A stretch of DNA of 64,000 nucleotides from Perkinsus olseni. Its lineage: Eukaryota. This document shows positions 55,801-64,000 of this stretch, one piece after another. The DNA lies in NCBI GenBank assembly GCA_013115125.1, contig JABANN010000008.1, positions 1 through 64,000 of the forward strand. The letters run 5' to 3'. Positions within the stretch are counted from its first letter, which is position 1. Each line of letters starts with the position of its first letter. A model generated the notes under the pieces. The model was not told where the DNA came from, ran no database searches, and worked only from the letters and a program-made list of their open reading frames with translations. Made by a program: the position numbers and the translations under genes.

Positions 55801-56884
55801 TTTTTGCATCCCGAAGTGCTTCCGGCATTTGAACGAAGTCGGTGAACCTGATCCGATCACCTCGGAATCTTCTACGTGCGCAAAGATATCCTCCCTACGT
55901 GTTGCCGAATGTTGCTCGGAACAAGACTCTCGCAAACCTGGCTTGGTCCGACTGACACAGACACCAATCAGCTGCGTCAAGGGCGGACCGCTCCTACCTG
56001 CAGGAGGACCCCCGCAATGCAGGTGACACCGGCCGTGGATCGGGAAGATCTGCCACCGTAGCCGCCAGTGAGAGCCTCCCCCTCCTCTATCAAAGAAGCC
56101 TGAGGGATGTACTTTCAACCTAGTGCTACGCGGATGGCCCACCTACCTCGTGAGGACTCATCAAGGCAGTCGAGGACAAATCTGAGAAGGACAGAGTGAT
56201 GGTGACGAGAGCGTAGTTATTGAACTGACCATCCCCTGTGGTGCCGAGGTACACCTGAGAGGTGCTCGCAGCGAAACACACGTATTTCTCCTCCAACGCT
56301 GCGTTCCGCGATGATATGAGCTCTCTGAGAGGGGCGGGCTGTAGCTCAGTATCAATCGACAGGCTCTTACGCGTTGTTCTCCTGGAACTTGACAAAGCGT
56401 TGGTATAGCCTCTTGAGGTCGGCCTCTAGTGTGTCCAACCGGTAGTTCTGAGCATCACCACAATACCTCACCCCCTCCAACCCTACTACGACTACATAAG
56501 CAGTGTCCATCAGGAAGGTATCTATATGCCCTTTCCGTATCCTAGTGTGAGGCGCGGCCTCCTCTATCTCGGCCTCTAGGAACCGTATTATCCTCTCGAG
56601 CTCCTCGATCCTGCCATAACCTCCTCTGCGGCCTCTCTCGCCTGGCTGATGCTACTACTACTACCTCTGAACGTACTTCCTGTAGTTCCGATTCATACTA
56701 GCACAGTTCATGTCCTCGAATTCTATCCGGGTCTGAGAGAGGCAGTACTGCAAGGACGAGGAAGGAGAAGCATTGGTGTTGTTGATCTCACGGAGTATCC
56801 TATGACGTCTATGAACTGCCTGGCCCTGTCGGTGGGAAGGACCAGAGTCCCATGTTTCATGGTCTCACTGCGCAGGAGGCCCAT
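52825..56884 (-). CDS. V-type H+-ATPase V0 subunit a (multi-exon)
   Basis: [81 protein letters not shown]-like [11 protein letters not shown] and [11 protein letters not shown]. Confidence 0.96.
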
Positions 56885-57227
56885 AGACGAGGTTAGGATA
56901 ATAACCACTACTGAGGAGACTGTCGTCCAAGTCTAGAGAAACCGGGGTTAGCCAGGGAGCGGACCGGAAGGTAGCGGTGTGACTATGGGGTATACGACCA
57001 TGGCAGTTCCAAGATGCGTTGGCCATTTCCTGACGCTAAAAATGACGTGTGCCGGGTTCGAACCTGGGACTTTTCCCACCCCCCTTGGATCGGTCACGAA
57101 TCGATCAGCTTCCCTTGTCACTCTGCATTCAAGTGGCATATGCTCACAAGGAAAAGCTTAGCAGTGATGACGCATCGAGCAAAGTGTGGGGGCACTGACG
57201 TGGTCAGTTGATTCATCCTACCAGAAC

Positions 57228-59326
<2,099 letters not shown>

Positions 59327-59484
59327 AGGGTACATTGCCTGAGGACACTGATGACTGTCGTTTCAATCATCATTGACTGTGTTGGGCTGTGATGGTAGTA
59401 TAAATGAGATTATGCTGGGTGTTGTCGAGATGAGAATTGGGGGATGTATGGTATGGAAGGGTTTTATTTTCAATTGGTATCATC

Positions 59485-62247
59485 ATGGCGGTGCCGTCAC
59501 ACAATTCGCGCGTCGGCTCAGCAGGGGCTGGGGATCCCCCATCGACTGGTCGGAACCCTTCTGATTACCAACCCTACCCTGCTCCTTACTACCCTATTAC
59601 CAGCACCAGCCCTGATGCCTCTGCTACCCTGGTCGGATCGGCCCTTTACGGCCAAGCATCGAGTACGTCATCGCCGACTCCGGTGACCATCACTAGGAGG
59701 AATAACCTAGTAGCCGCGCAATCGGCCGCCAGAGGTGCCCGGAATTACGGTGGGGCACGTCATGATTATCAAGGTAGTGAAAGAGGACCCGCTACCACTG
59801 CCCAGCAGCAACAACAGCAGTGGCTCGGAGCCAGTGTGATGCCGAGAGTCTCCACGGGGATGAGAACCGCCAGGGGACGGAATTTTGAGGGTGGTAAGGA
59901 CTCTTCTTTGCTATGGTCGAGTGATTGATCTCAGACGCCCTTGTGCCTCCAGCCTATAACAACGCCCCTGTGGCGGCAGCAGCAGCAGTGACAGCCGCAT
60001 ATCCTGTGGCCTCTGCCGCCCCTCGCTCGACAGCATCATCATCTTCACTCTCGCCAACATCTTTGTCATCATTACTGTACAATCAAGGGGTCAGTAACGG
60101 CACTACTGGCGGCGGCTCTATCGCTCTACCCTGGGGGGCCGCCCCTCACAGGACACCCCGTGGGGGTCCTCAAGGCCCCTCTGGAGTCCGCCCTCCCCAC
60201 CATAACCATGCACCAGGCCAAGTGAACAGCATGCTAAGGGTAGAAGTCCCACCATTGGCCGAGCAGTACCCACCAACCCAATACTCGACCACTGAGATGG
60301 TAGTAGTGGAAGAGCCCGGAAGGGGTGGATCGACTGAGAGCTCCATTCTAGGTATTGGCAGAATTTGGTCCGGGATATGCGGACCTTAGCAAGCGAGAGC
60401 TTCTCAGAATTATCAGGCGTCACGCCCCGGATGCCTTCCTAGAAGAGTACAATCTCAAAGGCCAGATTTACAATGCCATCAAGTGGGGAAATCTTCCAGC
60501 TGCGCAATCGGTCCGAAGATACTCTTCTCAGGTCTCGATCCCATAGCCAGTTCGTACAGCTTGCTGAGCAGCTAATGGAGAACTATATAGTTTATTGCGG
60601 TTTCCAGAACGGCGCTAGTCTGCCGACCGACCCGCAGGTTGCAGCCACTGCAGCCTCGATCGCAGCCAAGATGGGTAGTACTACTCAGATCACCCATCGG
60701 CTGGCTGCATTGCCGTGTCGTCGTTAGGGGTGGCAGGTGGCCAGACTACTACTGCTGGCGGTCAGGCGCCCGCCGCCACCGCCACTGCTACTACTACCGG
60801 TGCTCAGGGTGCTCCCCTCAGAGGCGATGTACTCACTACACAGATTTGTAGGTTAGCCTCCTTTGGAATGATGCCGCTACTTGCTGCTCTGTCTCAGCAG
60901 CCTCGCTAGGGAACGGCGTGAGTGATGATGACGAAGTCACCACCCCTCCCCCGGGATTCGAGTCCGTCCTACCCATCCTCTTCGGCCCCCAGCAGCAGCA
61001 GCAGCCCTATGCGTCCGTGGCATCAGCTTCGGACGACATCGCGCCTTCCCTGTCTTCCTTCGACAACATGGCCTCAGTCTCGGTGCAGGCTGAGAGGGGT
61101 AGCAGTGCCGCCAGTACGCTGAGCGGCGATGCACCCTCCTTTACCCCCAACGTAATACCGCCTTCTTCGCTCTTCATCTATCCAGTCCCTCAGACTGAGC
61201 TACAACGGGGACGCTACTCGTGGGATACTCAGTCACTGTCCCATCAGCCGCAAGCATCAAGATTAGATGCCGCCCCAGCCGAGTAAGGCGTGCTCCTTTC
61301 GTCGTACAGTTCCATTCTCGCCCGCTCCTCAGTGATTCTTTGGCTAAGTTGGCGGAGCAGTTGGTGAGGACTTATGGCCTGGGCCGCGCCGATATGGTCG
61401 GCCTGCCTGGACTGGCCGCCTCTCCTCGCAATGCACCTACGACCGGTAGTATTGGCTTTGAGAGGTTGATGATGGTAGTAGTCGGTAACTCAGGGACCAA
61501 TGTATCTGTGGCGGGTTCGGGTCCACGGACTAATGCTAGTAGTAGCAGCAGCGATAGTTTCGGGCTGTGTTCTATGGGAGGACTGTCTGGCCAATTTGGT
61601 GAGGTTCAGCTGTGGGCAGCGCGCTGATCATACCACACCTCTCCCAGATCTCTCCACCAGCGGGACATCTGGAAGCAGTCACTTGAGCGCCACTGCCCCA
61701 GCTTTCACCCCTAGCAACGCAGTAAGCCACCCACATCGTTGTGTCTCCTCCAATTCTCTTCTCCCTCTCAGAGTTGGTGGAATCCTATGAGCTCAGCCCC
61801 CACGTCCTCCTCGGTTTCAGAGTAGTCACCCTACCCAGTCAGCTGACTTCCACCTTCTCCTCTCAGGTCCTCTGCTGCCATCCCACAGTCCGCTACGAAT
61901 CCACCCAATCTCGCTACTTGTTCGAATCTAGCAGGGTGGGGGAGTGCTGAGGCCGGGGGTAGAAGCACAGCATCGTCCTGTTGGCCTTCAGTTGCAATAC
62001 AGATACCGTCGACACCGCGACTTTGGCATCGCTAATTGCCAACCTGTCTTCCACTTCCCCCTCATCAGCTTCTTCGACGCCTCACGTCTCCGTTGCAAGT
62101 GACCACAATATCAACACGGAGGTTTCAGCTAATGGCTTGGCCCAACAGCAACAGCAGCAGGGAGAAAGCAAACCTGATCAGGAGGGGAGTGTAGAAGGAC
62201 ATCAGAGACCATCGGTAAGGAAGACTGAGCAACCAATGATAGTGTAA
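59485..62247 (+). CDS. Large low-complexity (S/T/A/P/Q-rich) hypothetical protein (multi-exon)
   Basis: Chain of long + strand exon ORFs; one folded-looking block YADLSKRELLRIIRRHAPDAFLEEYNLKGQIYNAIK. Confidence 0.6.
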
Positions 62248-62337
62248 TGCTTGTTCTGGTCGACCTATGTTCTCCCTCAGAATGATGACGATTCTCTCCC
62301 GGGCTCCTCCTCCAAGTGATAGGCAATTATTTTCAGC

Positions 62338-63522
62338 CTACTCTCCGCCGCTATTGGAAGGCAGTAGTCGTCTGTTATGAGGGCCAAGTCTTTGGGGATC
62401 ATACCAATGCTTGCCTTGGTCCAAGCGGAGGAAGCTGGAGATTTCCGTGACACTTTGTGCTGTTCTTTTCGTACCTGTCGTTGCTCTATTCTTACTGGCC
62501 CGCGGTGGTGGTGGATTTGACGCTTCTCCCCGACAGAGTGTTGTAGTAGTAGTAGTTGTTGTTGTCGTCTTGGTTTCGAAATCTACTGGTAATATGTCTG
62601 TAACATTAACATTAGTCGGTCGCCTTGTGTGGCCATCATGTAACTCAATAATAATAGCAGCATCATAATCTCGAGGACCCTTCATCCCCTCCTTCTCCTC
62701 CTGCCTGTTCCCTCCCCTTTCCTCAACAGTGATGCGGGGCTCAGGAGGAAACTGAACGATAAGAGTATCAGAAGTAGTAGTAGCAGAACTGATCAAATTG
62801 CTGTCAGCGATCGTTGAGCGAACAATGGTAGCAGTCGGATTTTTGTCGTGCGTTGTGGTGTTCCGGTTGTTGTTAGCTCTCCAGGCGAGGAGACCTGGCC
62901 TTCTCGGAGCATTGCTATTCTCACAGAACACGTTGCTTGGTCTGACTGCTGCCGTAGTCGTACCGTCTATTCAGTGCGTGTTACTCCGGTGTTGGGGTCA
63001 TCCCAGCCTTGCCGCACTTGAAGCTATCATCGTTCGGTATTGAGAAGTGTTATGTTGTAGTTGTGAGTGAAGATCAGCGGGCGGCAGGGTTTGTCCGTAG
63101 TAATGACCGCGTCTGAAGCCTCGGCTCCTGAGCCAGCGGACTACTTTTGCTGGCGATGTGAGCTCCGGTTCAGAGGAGAGAAGGACCCTGAGAAGTACAA
63201 GGCAGAAGACTGGGTCGGACCACCACAGCAGGACAGGTAGTGTGTTGGGATTGGCTCGGCTTGGCCTTGGGCCGCCGTGTCACGCAGGCAGTCCATAGGA
63301 AAAGAATGCCGCTTCTCGTCCAGTGCTGCATTTGATGTAGACTAAGTTCCACTTGCCTTTTCTCGAATAGAGAGTCCCCGGCTCGGGCAGCCGAAGCAGT
63401 ACGCCCTTTCCGCCGGACAGATCAAACAAAACCGGGTATCGAGATTCCCGCTTCCGGGAGTCTCCACGAGACCATGAAGCGGTACGCCACGCATTCAGTC
63501 TGTAACGAGAACAACGCAGCAT
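62338..63522 (-). CDS. Hypothetical protein with Thr-rich C-terminus (spliced)
   Basis: 197-aa ORF 62338-62931 plus upstream exon-like blocks (YFSGSFSPEPELTSPAKVVRWLRSRGF). Confidence 0.35.
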
Positions 63523-63539
63523 ATTAAAATAAGCCTGCT

Positions 63540-64000
63540 ATGCCGCGAAACATCGGGGCAGCACTCGACTGCTTCTGTTTCGTGAGTGCTATGCATTACC
63601 GCTCTCGCCCCACCTGGCATAGGGGCCACATTCCCGCCGCTATTGAGTGGCATAGGGGCCAAATCGAGCCCCTATCGTGCCTCGATGCCAAATTTTGCGA
63701 GCGGTCTTCCGAACGCTCAAAAAAACATTCTATCGTCGCCAGGTGGGCTGCCTGTCTTTTCCCATTCTCCCCTGCCTCTTCAGGCCTGAGCCCGAGCATC
63801 TCTGTGGTGGTTGCTTTGGCCTACTGGAGGACCCCTGCCTCTCTGGTCATGAGAACCGCGTCATGGAGGACATCGTTGCTGCCATCGATGCATCAGGGTA
63901 CGCCATCTAGCGTTGGATCTCGAACCCGAAGTGCTCAAGCAGGTTCGAAGACACCTACGACCTTGTACTTTCTACTCGCCTGCCGCCTGCTCTGGTCGTC
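63540..64000 (+). CDS. 5' part of a spliced gene with CxxC motif (possibly Pus10-like), runs off window
   Basis: Exons HLCGGCFGLLEDP...DASG|RFEDTYDLVLSTRLPPALVV. Family assignment tentative. Confidence 0.3.
   Translation, partial: MPRNIGAALDCFCFVSAMHYRSRPTWHRGHIPAAIEWHRGQIEPLSCLDAKFCERSSERSKKHSIVARWAACLFPFSPASSGLSPSISVVVALAYWRTPASLVMRTASWRTSLLPSMHQGTPSSVGSRTRSAQAGSKTPTTLYFLLACRLLWS

Overview
Gene-dense, intron-rich eukaryotic DNA of moderate GC. Most introns are about 45-80 nt, mostly GT-AG with occasional GC donors, and intergenic gaps are often only 100-400 nt. This layout and the alveolate-type gene content suggest a Perkinsus-like alveolate (inference). I reconstructed about 26 spliced protein genes by eye, so outer boundaries are approximate. 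Recognisable ones are DUS1, ornithine decarboxylase, purine nucleoside phosphorylase, M50 site-2 protease, sterol desaturase-family oxidase, cytochrome b5, rhomboid, SLC35F-like transporter, ankyrin-DHHC palmitoyltransferase, BMS1, a membrane phosphodiesterase, SRPK, RPS8, a protein kinase, V-ATPase subunit a and MetAP2. There are three foldable tRNAs (Pro-TGG, Thr-CGT, intronic Cys-GCA). Two observations stand out. (1) Many short spliceosomal introns consist largely of decayed tRNA sequence, and in some the splice signals coincide with tRNA parts; tRNAs or relics also sit at most strand-switch junctions. (2) One gene fuses the voltage-sensor-like membrane module known from alveolate channel-adenylyl cyclases to a complete class I phosphodiesterase domain. 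A 36-bp retro-insertion with a perfect 14-bp target-site duplication is also visible.
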